Source: Eledone cirrhosa
Taxonomy: Eukaryota
DNA length: 64,000 nucleotides
Direction of reading: 5' to 3'
NCBI GenBank assembly: GCA_964016885.1
Contig: OZ024741.1
Coordinates: 131,688,001-131,752,000, forward strand
Of the stretch, positions 43,690 through 57,945 are shown piece after piece. Position numbers and translations under genes: made by a program. Numbering within the stretch: position 1 is the stretch's first letter; the number at the start of each line of letters is the position of its first letter. Below the pieces are notes generated by a model, which saw only the letters and a list, made by a program, of their open reading frames with translations, ran no database searches and was not told where the DNA came from.

Positions 43690-44340
43690 AAATAGTATTC
43701 CTCAAAAGGGATGAGACTTCCGAGAGTACTCGGAGAGAAAAGCCATAAAACCATGGTTGCCCTGACCGCTAGGAAAGTACCTTCTCTCATTTTTCCAGCT
43801 CCGATTTACTGGTGTATACTCAGAACAGACGCGTTTACTCGGACCATGGTCGCCACTCTCATGCAGCTTTCAACAAAATGGCTGGGAGGCAGCATTTCCT
43901 TTTACACTCTTATTTTCCCCTCCGAGTGTAACTTGAAGTTGTTGGTGAGGAACAGGATAAAGAAAAATGTGTTTGTTTTCAGCCCCTTTATTCGCGTCAA
44001 CAATACAACCTCGTTCGCCATGGCCACTAGGCATAAAAAAACTGTTTGCCCATCCCGATTATAAGAAGGCGGCGGGCCAATCTTCACGATGGACTCGGCC
44101 GATAGCCAAACCATCCCACACGTAACAGCAGCCGTCCGACATAAACCCCACAGATCAGCAATGCTAGGGTACAGGATGAATGCGTATAGGGCGGTTTCGT
44201 CACCGTGCACGCAATTTGAATATGCTCGGCTAACGGCACTAACATGTTTGTTGAGTTAATATCGAACTGTGAATGCTCTTCCGACCGAGTGAAACCAGTG
44301 AAAAACTGGTTAAGAAGCATTTGATTAAAAGCGGAAACGG
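43690..44340 (-). mobile_element. Tx1/L1-like LINE 3' relic
   Basis: ORF 43902..44210 minus contains a degenerate zinc-knuckle region (HGDETALYAF) and downstream sequence shared with the 38890 and 52078 relics. Confidence 0.6.
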
Positions 44341-44344
44341 ATCA

Positions 44345-45280
44345 AAACCTCCCTTCCAGAAACTTCAAAAATACACAATGAAGCCGAACACAGTAAATAA
44401 CAATCGAATATGTGGTGACGGGGAAGAAACAATTAACTACATTAGCCCTGTTTGCCCAGTCTTAGCGAAAAAAGACATAGTAGAGTTAAGCTATACATAC
44501 ACCGGAGTCTATGTCAGCACTACGAAATACTAAGAGAAGAAAGGTGGTACAGATATACACTAGAAAATGTGTCAGAGAATTACAAAGGATTACTCTAGGA
44601 TATGCCAATGCATATATAGACAGGACTTACAATTATATACAGCATACAGAAAATGGTGCTACTAGGCGCTACACACATAATATGACTAGTACTATCCATG
44701 CAATAGAAATAAAAGCATAGCGCATCCTTAACGTACAAAAGCCATGGTACAGACACATACCAGAAAAGGTGCCAGATAATGACAAAGCAACCATTCTCTG
44801 GGATATGTCAACTGGCCTCTGGGATATGTCAACACACAGACAGTGAGATCCAAGCCAACCGACCGGATATTACAGTCAAAGTTTACAAAGAAAAAAATGT
44901 CTACTAATTGCTGTATCAATCCTCACAGACGATAATATTTTTGCCAAAGAAATGAATATATATCCAAATATAAAGATCGAGAGATAGAAATAACTTGAAT
45001 GTGGATGACGAAAACAAACAATACCTATAATAATATGTGCTCTGGGAATGATGAAAACACACAAAGAGAGATGCATAACGAAAATTCCCCAAAGTCACAA
45101 ATATATACAGCATACAAAAAACTAGCACTACTAGGCACAGTACACATATTACGAGGAGAACTCCCAATACAATAGAAATAGCAGAACCAAAGACCGCACT
45201 ACACAAACCCAAGGCACACAGAGCTGTGCTCAGTAATGTAGTAACGACGCGTAATAAAATTAAGACTAATAATAATAATT
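44345..45280 (+). mobile_element. R4/Dong-like LINE 3' end with restriction-enzyme-like endonuclease
   Basis: RICGDGEETINYISPVCPVLAKK (CCHC-like), KATILWD, ccggatatt (PDI), LIAVSI, KYKD, IPIIICALGM; (TAA)n tail at ~45267; frameshifted. Confidence 0.8.
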
Positions 45281-45837
45281 ATCATCAGCATTGTCATCAT
45301 CGTCATCATCAACTTCGTATCACCAGCCTCATCTTCACCAAAGCCATTACGCCACCACCACTACCACCACCACTACTAGTCGATGACGACAACGATAGTG
45401 TTAGTGGTGGTAATGGTGATGATGGTAGTATTAGTGGTGATGATGACGACGGCGGGATGTTGAATTCATTAATGGGAAACCTAAGTCGAACACTAATTAC
45501 CTGCGGCTTTTATAATTAACACACACACACACACACGCGCGCGCGCACGCGCATAATACATACATACACAACGGAACATGCATAAACAATAATAGATATT
45601 TACACATTGGCACATTCGTACATACATATATACGTGCATGCACACACACACACAATAATAAATGTTCACATGCAACGACATACACAGACACTTATACCAC
45701 ATACACACACACATATATACATAACATTACACACATACACACGCCAAATGTTATTGTGTAATATGTATTTATTTATAATACAAACATACACAGATACACA
45801 TTCCTTTGTACATATGCTCCACCCCCTTCCACTGCAA

Positions 45838-46086
45838 AGTGGTCGTGGAGGTGTCACGGCAAAAAAGTACCCAGCCCACACTGTAAAGTGGTCGTGGAGG
45901 TGCCATGGAAAAAAAGCACCCAGCACTCACTGTAAATGAGGTTGGTGTTAGGAAGGACATCCAGCTGTAGAAATCAAATAAGAATCAGTTCCTGTATGAG
46001 AAAGTCATAGTCAGCCGACCAAACACTGCCCACAACAGGACAACCCGTCTAACCCTTGCTAGCGTGGAAGAATGGACGTAAAACGG

Positions 46087-46128
<42 letters not shown>
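45838..46128 (+). mobile_element. SINE/RTE-type 3' tail ending in (GAT)n
   Basis: ggttggtgttaggaaggacatccagctgtagaaa...aacccttgctagcgtggaagaatggacgtaaaac(gat)n; reverse tails at ~20935-20990 and ~29195-29240. Confidence 0.6.
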
Positions 46129-46129
<1 letters not shown>

Positions 46130-46145
46130 ATGAAAGAAGAGAGTT

Positions 46146-46390
46146 GGGGCACATGGCCTTGTGGTAAGGGCTTTGGACTTACGATGATAATGGCGTGGTT
46201 CGATTCTTAGACTGGGTTGTGTGTTGTGTTCATTTCATTTCCCGTTGCTCCATTTTACTCAGTTGATAGTGAGTACCAGCAAATGACTGGCGTCCTGTCC
46301 GAAAGAGAGTCTTGAAATCCCAGTCGTCTAATGTCACAGGAACCGGGATAAGCATTGTTCTGATGAGCCTCCGGGCTTGAGACAGACTTA
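46146..46390 (+). mobile_element. tRNA-derived SINE (family C)
   Basis: tggccttgtggtaagg...ggttcgattc head; tail tgagcctccgggcttgagacagactt also seen at ~61780, and reversed at ~26630 and ~63745. Confidence 0.7.
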
Positions 46391-46799
46391 AGAAAGAAAC
46401 GAGCACTCAATACATTAGGCACCTAAGTTCTTGGTAATGCTATGTCACCTACACTCAACCACCCTCGACTCACTCATCTATCCTCTTCTACTCACCCATT
46501 TCATGTTCAATCACCCACTCCAATCTCTGAACTAACCACTACTCTTAGTCGTTCTTGCCTCAAAACACATACTTCCACGTTCATGCCCTTTCCACAAAGA
46601 GTGACATTGAATGTGTAACATTAAATATGTAACATTAACTACACTGACCTCTCCAATCTTGCAACATCTCTAAAGTATAACAAAAAAAATGTAGTTGTTA
46701 TATTTATATAAGTTAATAATTCGTAGTTAACTCCATTTATACGTTGAGTATGAAAGCACGTGTACACGTTGTTTTTGGTATTTGTTCAGTGGAATGAAA

Positions 46800-47102
46800 T
46801 GGATCTTCTTCGGTTTCGACAATGAATGTTCCAGTTGCTCAATCAACAGAACAGCCTTCTCATCAAACTAACGTGTAAATGGCTAAGCAATCCTCAGGTA
46901 CGTGCGTGCTTGACATAATTCACAGGGAATTTGAGCGTGACATAGTGCTTGACATTCCGACGGATTTCTAAACAATTTCTGTCTACTTAATTTCACTCTG
47001 AAAATACACGAGATTATGGTAAATAATATTTACTTAAAATGCCATATTGATCAAACCCGGGACCTAATGATTGCGAAGCGAACTTCTTAACTTCGGCCAT
47101 GA
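46800..47102 (-). mobile_element. SINE family B copy
   Basis: gaacagccttctcatcaaactaacgtg... with reverse tRNA head gatcaaacccgggacc...ttgcgaagcgaacttcttaac. Confidence 0.65.
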
Positions 47103-48030
47103 TGCCTCTGCTTTATTAAATCAACAAGACAAGGGACAAACTATGGAAAGAGTAGAATACATAATTACATAAATTAAGTAAAAGGTTAAAGGTTACATAG
47201 GTACAACTATTTGTACCCATGAAATTTTCTTTTTCAAATGAACGATGTTTTAAAACGCAGGCAGGATGCGAGAGAACGTGGCGTACATGTGTAGTATTTT
47301 ATATTTTCACCAAATTATATATGTGTATGTATGTATGTATGTATGTTTTCTTATGATTTATTTCACTAACTGTGTATAAATTTGAAATATAAAAAAGGTT
47401 TCGTAAAGGAAAAACGTATGATATACTGTTTACAAAGAAGAGAATAAAAAGTTCTTAGGAATGGAATAAAGTGGTTCATTATTGAGAATGCACTGATCAG
47501 GTTAGTGGGACCATCGAGAAGGGTTATAGTAAAAAAAACTATCATACTTTTCGTGACGGCTCGTAAAAGGAACACTTATTGCGAAGTAATTTTATATTTT
47601 ATTCACAAATTTTGAAATATTTTTTAAATACTGAAAGTAGTAGGTTTTTATCACAAACAGGTTTGTTGATTACTCAACAGCATCTTTTTGATATATTTTT
47701 TAACATCTTTTGAGTCTGGAAGAGTTACATCTTTGCACATAAAATGATTTTAGATAACTGATCCACCATAGGGGTAGCTGAATTTATATAGTATAAATAT
47801 ATATATATATATATACGGTAAATAATTGCGAAGTTCTCCATAAATTTATTCCAATAAGCTATTATACATATTTTCTGTGGACGATGATTAGGTGATGTAA
47901 TCACCACGTAACCATCGGACCCAATTCATCAGATAACATTTTTAGAGATAAACAAAATCACCTTCTATAGCTTATGGATAGGAGGGCCGGCATATACCAT
48001 GTTCCTATCTAGCTGGCCGGCCCTCGTCTG

Positions 48031-48099
<69 letters not shown>

Positions 48100-48268
48100 T
48101 ACTAGGGTTGATATGATCGACTAAAGCATTTGACGCCTTGCTCCTATATGGTCACCGCAGTCCAATGACTGACACTGGAAAATGAGTATTTGAAAGATTG
48201 GATGTATGTACAAATGCATATATGTATGTGTGTACGAGCAGAAGTATATGGCTATCCATATATGAGTA

Positions 48269-48322
<54 letters not shown>

Positions 48323-48422
48323 TTGATGAATTCCTTGCACCGTACGTGACGTCAACACCTCCAAGAAATCACTAATTTCATAATCACCGCCATATTCAAC
48401 AAAAACATCAGCAACAACAACA

Positions 48423-48472
<50 letters not shown>

Positions 48473-48568
48473 CTTTAATACTAATACTAGTATTACTACA
48501 ACTATTATTTCTACTGTTACTAATACTACTATTACCTCGACTACTACTACCACTACTACTACCACTAT

Positions 48569-48608
<40 letters not shown>

Positions 48609-48633
48609 GCTGCTGCTGCTACTGCTACCGCTG

Positions 48634-48689
<56 letters not shown>

Positions 48690-48959
48690 GCTACTACTAC
48701 TACTACTACTACTACTACTGGAGCTGCACAGACATTTCCACCCCTCCACCTTTCTCCATCGTCTATGCAGTTGCTATGTGCAACTTGACAGAATGTATTT
48801 TACAAGGCAACACTTCACCGCCTATCATCCCTCTCCACCCCCGCCACCATTGTCACCGTCTCCAACATGACCAGCAAGAGCAATATCATCTCCTCCATCC
48901 CCATCACAGTTATCTGCATCAGCATCATCGTCATCAACACCGTCACCCCCGGGGAACAC

Positions 48960-50185
48960 CGCCAACTTCCAACATCACCACCGCCTCTATGAGGAAAACC
49001 ATGACCACTACCATCGCCACCATTACCACCGCAAGCATCACCACCGCCTCAATGAGGAACACCATAAACCCCACCACCACCACCACCACCACAATCACTA
49101 TGACCACCACCACCACCATCAACCCCATCTCCATGAGGAATACCGTAACAACAACGACCACCACCACCACCTCCACCACCATCAACACCGCCGCCATGAG
49201 GAACACCATAACCATCACCACCACCACCACCACCACCATCACCACCATCAACACCGCCGCCATGAGGAACACCATAACCATCACCACCACCACCACCACC
49301 ACCACCATCACCACCATCAACACCGCCGCCATGAGGAACACCATAACCCCCACCATCACCACCACCACCACCACCATCACCACCATCAACACCGCCGCCA
49401 TGAGGAACACCATAACCATCACCACCACCACCACCACCACCATCACCACCATCAACACAGTCACCGTGAGGAACACCATAACCCCCACCATAACCACCAC
49501 CACCACCATCACCACCATCAACACAGTCACCGTGAGGAACACCATAACCCCCACCATCACCACCACCACCACCATCACTACCATCAACACAGTCACCGTG
49601 AGGAACACCATAACCCCCACCATCACCACCATCAACACCGCCGCCATGAGGAACACCATAACCATCACCACCACCACCACCATCACCACCATCAACACAG
49701 TCACCATGAGGAACACCATAACCCCCACCATAACCACCACCACCACCATCACTACCATCAACACAGTCACCATGAGGACCACCATAACCCCCACCATCAC
49801 CACCACCACCACCACCACCATCACCACCATCAACACAGTCACCGTGAGGAACACCATAACCCCCACCATCACCACCACCACCACCACCATCACCACCATC
49901 AACACAGTCACCATGAGGAACACCATAACCCCCACCATCACCACCACCACCACCACCACCACCATCAACACAGTCACCATGAGGAACACCATAACCCCCA
50001 CCATCACCACCACCATCGCCACAATCAGCACCACAACCATCACCACCGCCACCATGAGGAACACCGTAACCACCATCACCACCATCACCACCATCACCAT
50101 CACCACCATCACCACCATCACCATCACCACCATCACCACCATCACCATCACCACCATCACCACCATCACCATCACCACCATCACT
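48960..50185. repeat. ACC-based minisatellite: recurring ATGAGGAACACCATAACC core separated by variable (ACC/ATC)n
   Basis: About 18 cores; generates the Thr-rich 488-aa (+) and Val-rich 424-aa (-) ORFs. Confidence 0.9.
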
Positions 50186-50670
50186 TGTAATACCGACACT
50201 ACACTACCCACCACCACCCCCCAACAACAAGATCAGCACTAGAGTTAACTTCAAGGACAGTATCACCAACACCACCTCACCACCAGCAACAACAATATCA
50301 CCATCATCTTCTCGCCCCCCACCATCTCACCTCCACCATCATCCCCACCATTGCTACCACTTTAAATTACAATAAAAGGAATACACTAGCAATACCAGCA
50401 CCACTACTGCAGCCAACAACACCATCTCCACCACCACTACCACCACCAACACCATATCCAGGCAGTGTGTCACGCGCTCAAACCCTATTGATTCCAACGC
50501 TAATGGCAATTACGCATTCTCCACGTATTTCTACCGACCGTTTTTCCCGCCAATCACTTCCTCCTTTACCACCCTCAATTACCTGCCTTGGCTACAGCAA
50601 ATAATGTCTCCCCACCACCACCACATCTTCTACCTCCTGCTCCCATCTCACACTGTCTCTTTCACTCTCT

Positions 50671-50769
<99 letters not shown>

Positions 50770-51119
50770 CTATCTTCACACAGCAAGAAATCCATCATTT
50801 ATTATTCTCAGCACGCAAATCAGCTTCTTCTTCTTCTTCTTCTTCTTCTTCTTCTTCTTCTTCTTCTTCTTCTTCTTCTTCTTCTTGGCCATGAAGCCAA
50901 ACATTCTCCGTCTCCCTTCCTCTCACCTATATATGTAACTATTTATGTATCAGTATTTCAGTAAATGACGGAATGACTGTTTTGGTAAGAAGTTCACTTC
51001 GCAATCATGAGTTCATGGAATGGAGCTTACTGCTTGATCAAGTGTTTTTGATAAACCCCACGAATCATACATTATATCAGTATCTCCCAGAAACCACAGC
51101 TTTCGCTGGAATTGAACAC

Positions 51120-51425
51120 TGTTGATTTCGACGATAAATATTCCATTTTTTCAATCAACAGAACAGCCTACTATTGAAATTAACATATACACTTAATGTA
51201 ATCCTCAGAAAGATTCGAAATGACAGTCATATGACAAGGTGGACCTTTTCAATTACAGGTATAGTCCATCTGACAGGCTTCCAAACAGTTCCAACCAGAC
51301 CCAATTTCACTCACAAGGCATGGGTCAACCCGAGACTATGGTAAACGACATGTGCCAAAGATGACCCGTAATGGGATCGAACCAAGAAAGTCGAGATTGC
51401 AAACCATTAATCATTCGAGTCATGC
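51120..51425 (-). mobile_element. SINE family B copy
   Basis: gaacagcctactattgaaattaac...aattacaggt...gggatcgaacc. Confidence 0.65.
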
Positions 51426-51954
51426 TGTGTGCACACTACTTTCACTATCAGTATCATATTACCATAGAGCTGTGTGGAGTCAAGCCTTGAAATTAAATTA
51501 GGTTGATATTCTGTGGAAAAAAAAACTTGGATGTAATACAAAGATTTGTCACTAATTGTATCACATTGATTCTACTTGAGAATTCCATTAAAACTTCACG
51601 TGTCTATGCAATAGTTAGTTAACTATATAACACAACAGGCTCATTCTGTGTAAATCAAAGAGCTAGTGCTGTTAAATATTGGATTAGGTTATAGGTACAT
51701 GCATTTGTGGATAACTCAGGCACTTACACTACCAGTAAACAGCTCATGTGATCTATCAACTGGAATACGCAATGAAGAAACCACCAAAGTTCCACGTATT
51801 TCTATCTATCTATCAATCCATCCATCTATTAATCTATCTACCTATCTATATCGGTATCTCTCTATAGAAATCTATCTATTTACCTACATACCTACATGTC
51901 AATCAATATATCTATCTATCACTCAATTTACCCCCTACCTATCTATCTATCCAT

Positions 51955-52017
<63 letters not shown>

Positions 52018-52077
52018 CCTATCTATCTATCTATCTATCACTATGTTTACCTCCTATCTATCTATCTATTTATCTAT

Positions 52078-52398
52078 GCTGTACCCCAGCAAATTTGATA
52101 AAAGGTGGGTGAATGTGGTAAAGATGGCCCGAGTAGTTGGGCCTTCTCTCTATATAAGCCTGTAGGTTGAGGAAACAGAGGAAGAGAGGAAGGGAGTACT
52201 CACTCTTGGTGCTCCTGGAGTTGAGGGTTGTACATTTTTTCGGGTGTGTACAACCCGTGTAACACCTCCCCCCTATTAGGGATTTCAATTGTTATTTGTT
52301 ATTTTATTAATAGTTTTATTTTCATATACCTGTATATAAACTCCCCCATTTGTATTTGTCCCCTTCTTTTGTGCCCTTGTGGCTAATAACGAAATTTA
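52078..52398 (+). mobile_element. Tx1-like LINE extreme 3' end and 3' UTR embedded in (TATC)n
   Basis: [25 protein letters not shown] followed by a UTR ending gtggctaataacgaaatt(tatc)n; (TATC)n on both sides. Confidence 0.55.
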
Positions 52399-52414
52399 TC
52401 TACCTATCTTTCTG

Positions 52415-52499
<85 letters not shown>

Positions 52500-52711
52500 C
52501 TATTTACAACTTACACTATTTCACCATACTTCCCTCTCCCTCTCCTTCACATATTCCACTCTTCTCCTACCCACAACTGCAACACCTCTCCCATACCACA
52601 TCCCTCTCTCTTCTACACATTTTAATCCAATTTTCAAACTTTGTCAATTTTATTTCAAATGGTTTAAATATTCTACATTCACCTCATCCTTCCTCCTCCT
52701 CCCCTTTCTCG

Positions 52712-52808
<97 letters not shown>

Positions 52809-52836
52809 ACTGCCGCTGCTACTGCTTCTACAGCTG

Positions 52837-52890
<54 letters not shown>

Positions 52891-52947
52891 ATAATAATAA
52901 TAATAATAATAATACTGTTGCTGCTGCTGCTGCTGCTGCTGCTCCTG

Positions 52948-53009
<62 letters not shown>

Positions 53010-53105
53010 GCCGCTGCTACTGCTTCTACAGCTACTACTACTACTACTACTACTAATAATAATAATAATAATAATACTGCGCTGCTGCTGCTGCTCATGC
53101 TGCTG

Positions 53106-53155
<50 letters not shown>

Positions 53156-53666
53156 GCTGCTGGTGCTGCTACTACTACTGCTAATACTGTTAATACTACT
53201 ACTACTACAACTAACACTAGAACTGCTACTACCACCACTAACATTTCAAATATTTCACATTCCACCACCTCTTTCTTGTTCTACTCTCCGTATTCGTTCA
53301 TCCATACCCGCTTCCCCCTCCCGTAGTGCACAATCACCCCTCTTCATACCCCATACCCTGTCTCTAACTCAACATCTCTAAAGAATTCAATTAATTACAT
53401 GCATACTATAATTTTCAAGTCAATCTGTTATTATTATTATTATCAAAGAATTATTATTATCTAATGTAAGAAATTATTATTATCATTATTGTTATTCTTT
53501 TTTATTGCTGGCATTATTGCTGTGGCTGTTGTTTTAAATTTTAAACATTTTTGAAATTATCATTTCATTTTTTTTTTTAATATTCTTTCTCAAAAATCTG
53601 TGTCTGCATGATAAGAGGGTAGCATGATTGAGCGATGTGTTTGTGTGTGTGGAATAGAGTGAAAAG

Positions 53667-53739
<73 letters not shown>

Positions 53740-53877
53740 GCGTGTATGAAAGACGGTGAGAGTGAGGGTAAAATGTTGTTAGGTAGGCTGCTAGTTAGAT
53801 AATTAGAGAGGTAAATGAATGAATAGGTAGCCGTACACACACATACACAGATGCACGCATGCACACATATATATATA

Positions 53878-53957
53878 CAGGGTGTCCCCCCAAAATGTAT
53901 ACACAATATTTATTAGAATGCATACATTTGTGTATATTGTTTTGGTGGGACACCCCG
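53878..53957. mobile_element. Tc1/mariner-type MITE (~80 bp)
   Basis: TA-cagggtgtccccccaaaatgtatacacaa ... ttgtgtatattgttttggtgggacaccccg-TA: TIRs with TA target-site duplication. Confidence 0.7.
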
Positions 53958-54176
53958 TACATATGTACATATACATATACACACACACACATACACCCAC
54001 ATATATTCATATATATGCATATACATGTATATAACATATTTTGTGGAGGCATACTCACACACATATATATGCATATACATACATACACAGACAGACACAC
54101 ACATACATATACATACATATGTACACATGCATATATACATATATATATATATGTATATATAAATACATATATATAT

Positions 54177-54236
<60 letters not shown>

Positions 54237-54565
54237 TTGCGTGTGCGTGTGTGTACATATGCGTGTGAGTAAGTGTTTGTGTGTATAAAATATGTTTAAC
54301 ATGTAACTCAACATCAAATTAAGATTACAATTATGACATTCCACAGAAACATAAGTTACAGACAAAATGTCTGTCATTGCCTGTTTATCTTCTCTTTGTT
54401 CCCCTAAATATCATCTGCTTCTTTTCCATTTATCTCGCCATCCTTTCTCTGACGCTCTCCTATTTTTTTTTCTTTCTTTAACTTTCTCTCTTCCCCGTCT
54501 CTTTCCCACTCTATCTTCTCATTCTCTCACTTTCTTTCTTTCTTTCTCTCTCTCTTTCTTTCTCC

Positions 54566-54677
<112 letters not shown>

Positions 54678-54907
54678 CTACTTTCTCTCTCTCTCACACA
54701 CACATATACACACACCCCAAAAGTTCTCTTATACTATTCTATCCCCCCAACCCACCCATCTTTCGTTTCTCGATCTTGCATCTTTCGTTTTATTGAATAT
54801 ATCGATATTGAAATATCGGTGCTTACACAAAGGCAACCGCTCGATTATTATTCTGCTGGGTCAAACTGTCAGATGCCAAAAGTTATTCGATGACAGCATG
54901 AGCATAG

Positions 54908-55062
<155 letters not shown>

Positions 55063-55206
55063 CACATATATATGTATATATATATATACGTATATATATA
55101 TATATATACATATATATGTATATATATATATGTATATATATATATATTTGTAAAAGGTAAACAGAAATAACAACACAATCGGTACAGTATATGGAAGGTA
55201 TATATT

Positions 55207-55263
<57 letters not shown>

Positions 55264-55289
55264 TACATATATATATATATTATATCATA

Positions 55290-55482
55290 GGGCGGTGGAA
55301 TGGCAGTATTGGTAGAGGGTCGGAACCATGCTTTACAGCGTGGAGTTACGGCCATTTACGCCCTTAGTTCAAATCCCGTCAAGGCTAACTTTGCCTTCAT
55401 CCTTACGGGGTCGATAAAATAAAATAAAGTATCAGTAATGCACTGGAATGATTGCTGGCCTTGTGCCAAAAATAGAAACAAT
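55290..55482 (+). mobile_element. SINE family A copy
   Basis: gggcggtggaatggcagtattggtagag...gttcaaatccc...ggccttgtgccaaaaatagaaac. Confidence 0.85.
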
Positions 55483-55516
55483 TATATGTATTATACAGTT
55501 TGAAGATTTTTGACAA

Positions 55517-56516
55517 TCTATACTATAAAGCTGAAGGCCGTATGTAGGTAACAAACTTTCCGCCAAACGGCTGTACCAAAAAGCACCAAATTTGCACCAT
55601 AGATGTAACTATTTCCAAGTAAAAAAGTGAGGGTATTTTTGTCTACTGAATTTTGTTAAAAGATTAAAGACATTCCTAACGTCTTCATGAACCAAAGTAT
55701 CATCTTCCTGTTTTCTATCGGACGCAACGTTTTTCGAAATATTTACTTCTGCGTTCACAGATTGATTTTTTTTTTGTTTCAGAAGACCCCCGTTAAGGGT
55801 GAAAGCAGCGATTCTTGCTTAAATTTAATATATATTCGTGTACAGATATGTTTGCATACACAAAAACAAAATATAAACAAACGTATTTATTTTACGAAAG
55901 CACAGAAGGCTTATCGTCATTATTACTGCCGATATGCCACCAAAAAAGTCCCAGCCTGGCCGCAAGATCAGATTTTCCAGAAGAAAAAATGTTACAAGAG
56001 CAACACAAATACTAAGCTTCACGATTACTATCAACAAAGCTCAGTGTCAAACCCTAAAAGTGGCTGGCCTTCATCTGGGAAACCATGCTTCTCCTATGGT
56101 CTATTGTATGTAGGATGTTCTAGGGTGAACTCGCCAAACAATCTCTTCATCTTAGCTCCCCGAGGTCCGTACAAAAAATATTGTATACTCTGAGGCTCTA
56201 GCAATGTAATTTATGTATTTTCTGTCACTTGGAATTTCCATTATGGTTGTACAAATTATTGTAAAGTTTGTTAAAAAATGTGTTCTCTGTTCAGCCTTTA
56301 TTGTTGTAACAATCAATTTTCTTTAACGTACTGGCTGCTGAACTGGGGAATGCTAAAAACTATTCAAACCCAACATCAGAGCACGTAACCTCCCCCGCCA
56401 CTACATCGCTGACTTGAGAGGGCGTGCGGTATCTTAGCACTGGAGTGGAGGGGGGATTCCTGAAAAGATAAAATGCCGGTAAACCTAACCGGGCGACAGC
56501 CGGACGAGCCAGATAG
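55517..56516 (+). mobile_element. Non-autonomous Helitron (~1 kb) retaining the helicase C-terminus
   Basis: A|TCtatactataaa 5' end; SFTITINKAQCQTLKVAGL / PCFSYGLLYVGCSRV / TKNIVYSEAL remnants; GC hairpin-like ccgggcgacagccgg then ATAG|T 3' end (CTAG-like). Confidence 0.8.
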
Positions 56517-57172
56517 TATATTATATTTCCAAACTTGATAGCTTTTTAACGTTTAACTTCGAGATGTCCTCACTCTTAGACTGGTAGTTTCTACATTGGA
56601 ACAAATAGTGACATAGAGCTCCTGGGAAATCTCCACAAAGACATGGAGGTGATTCTCTGCGGCCTGTTCGTGATAAAATATAGTTCAATGGGATATGGCT
56701 CGTTCGAAGCCAGCAGAGTCATTTTTATTAACATTGCTCAGTGTCATATATGTTTTAAATGTTGAAACATGTGGTTGAGAACATGGATGATTGAAATGTG
56801 AGAGCATATCCCTAGATTCGTTCCTCAAACTTTCCCATCCTGGACTAATCATACTTTTGCGAAATGATTCCACTTGCAATTGATTTGGGTGTAGTCTATA
56901 TCGATTATCTCCCTTTATGTTCCCTCATAACTAATTCATCAGCTTTCCCAATTCCCATAATATCTTTATGACCTGGTGTCAAATCATTGACATTTGTTTA
57001 TTACTTTCTGAAAGATATTTATCTATTCTTAACAGAATCCTCAAATATCTCTAACTCGACCTCTTTTCTAGATTGAAACAGTCTAGATTCGATAAACATA
57101 GAGATATACTTGACGAATATTTACATATATACAAGTGTCTATGAATAGCAGTAAATATCTATCTATCTATCT

Positions 57173-57274
<102 letters not shown>

Positions 57275-57659
57275 ATAGATAGATAGATAGATATACATAC
57301 ATACATATATACATATATACATATATACATACATATATATATATATATTCATACGCACATATCCATACATATGTGTGTGTGTGTTTGTGTGTGCGTGTGT
57401 GTGCGCGTGTGTGCGTGTGTGTGTGAGTGGTGTGGGGAGGTATATATGTGAATTTCTTGTTTGGTTAAGTTTACCTTTTGTATTTCTCCGTAGAGACTAG
57501 CTTCTCTAAAGTTTCCAATACTAAAAGTTATAGTTGTAGCTATGTTTATACTGAGCCGCTTCAATATTGACCTCACATCGGGCGTAGGCCAAAATTACCT
57601 TGGCCCTCGCGTACATGTTAAGTGTATGAAACTTCATTTATACTATATGTATATGTACA

Positions 57660-57945
57660 ACATTACGGAACAATTTTTCATTCTCAACTGGTCCCGCTCT
57701 CTTTAATATCACACCAAAATACACAATAACAGAAACAGATGCCATTAAATTCAAAATGACTTTGGACAAATTCTTCCAAGAAATCCCGGATAAACCTCCT
57801 ACACCCGGATATGTCTCCGTAAACAGTAACTCTCTACCTGAGTTGGCCAAGGTGTCGTGTCCAAATCCTAATTTGAAAGACTTCGCCGGGGGATGATTTT
57901 AAGTTAGACATGACCTGAGCCAATACTGGCCGAAACCTATAACAT
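57660..57945 (+). mobile_element. CR1/Jockey-group LINE 3' end
   Basis: STGPALFNITPK...FKMTLDKFFQEIPDKPPTPGY...NSL, then a short UTR. Confidence 0.65.

Noticed and set aside
48776-50242. 488-aa Thr-rich mucin-like ORF (and antisense 424-aa ORF)
   Set aside because: Built from an (ACC)n-based minisatellite whose length changes are inherently multiples of three and stop-free on both strands; no signal peptide or recognisable domain
55687-56193. 168-aa ORF as a host gene
   Set aside because: Lies inside the Helitron derivative; only its last ~35 aa are a frameshifted helicase remnant
56600-56910. Possible LINE endonuclease relic on the minus strand
   Set aside because: Only a faint IDY..IN.KW-like trace across a frameshift; insufficient to call
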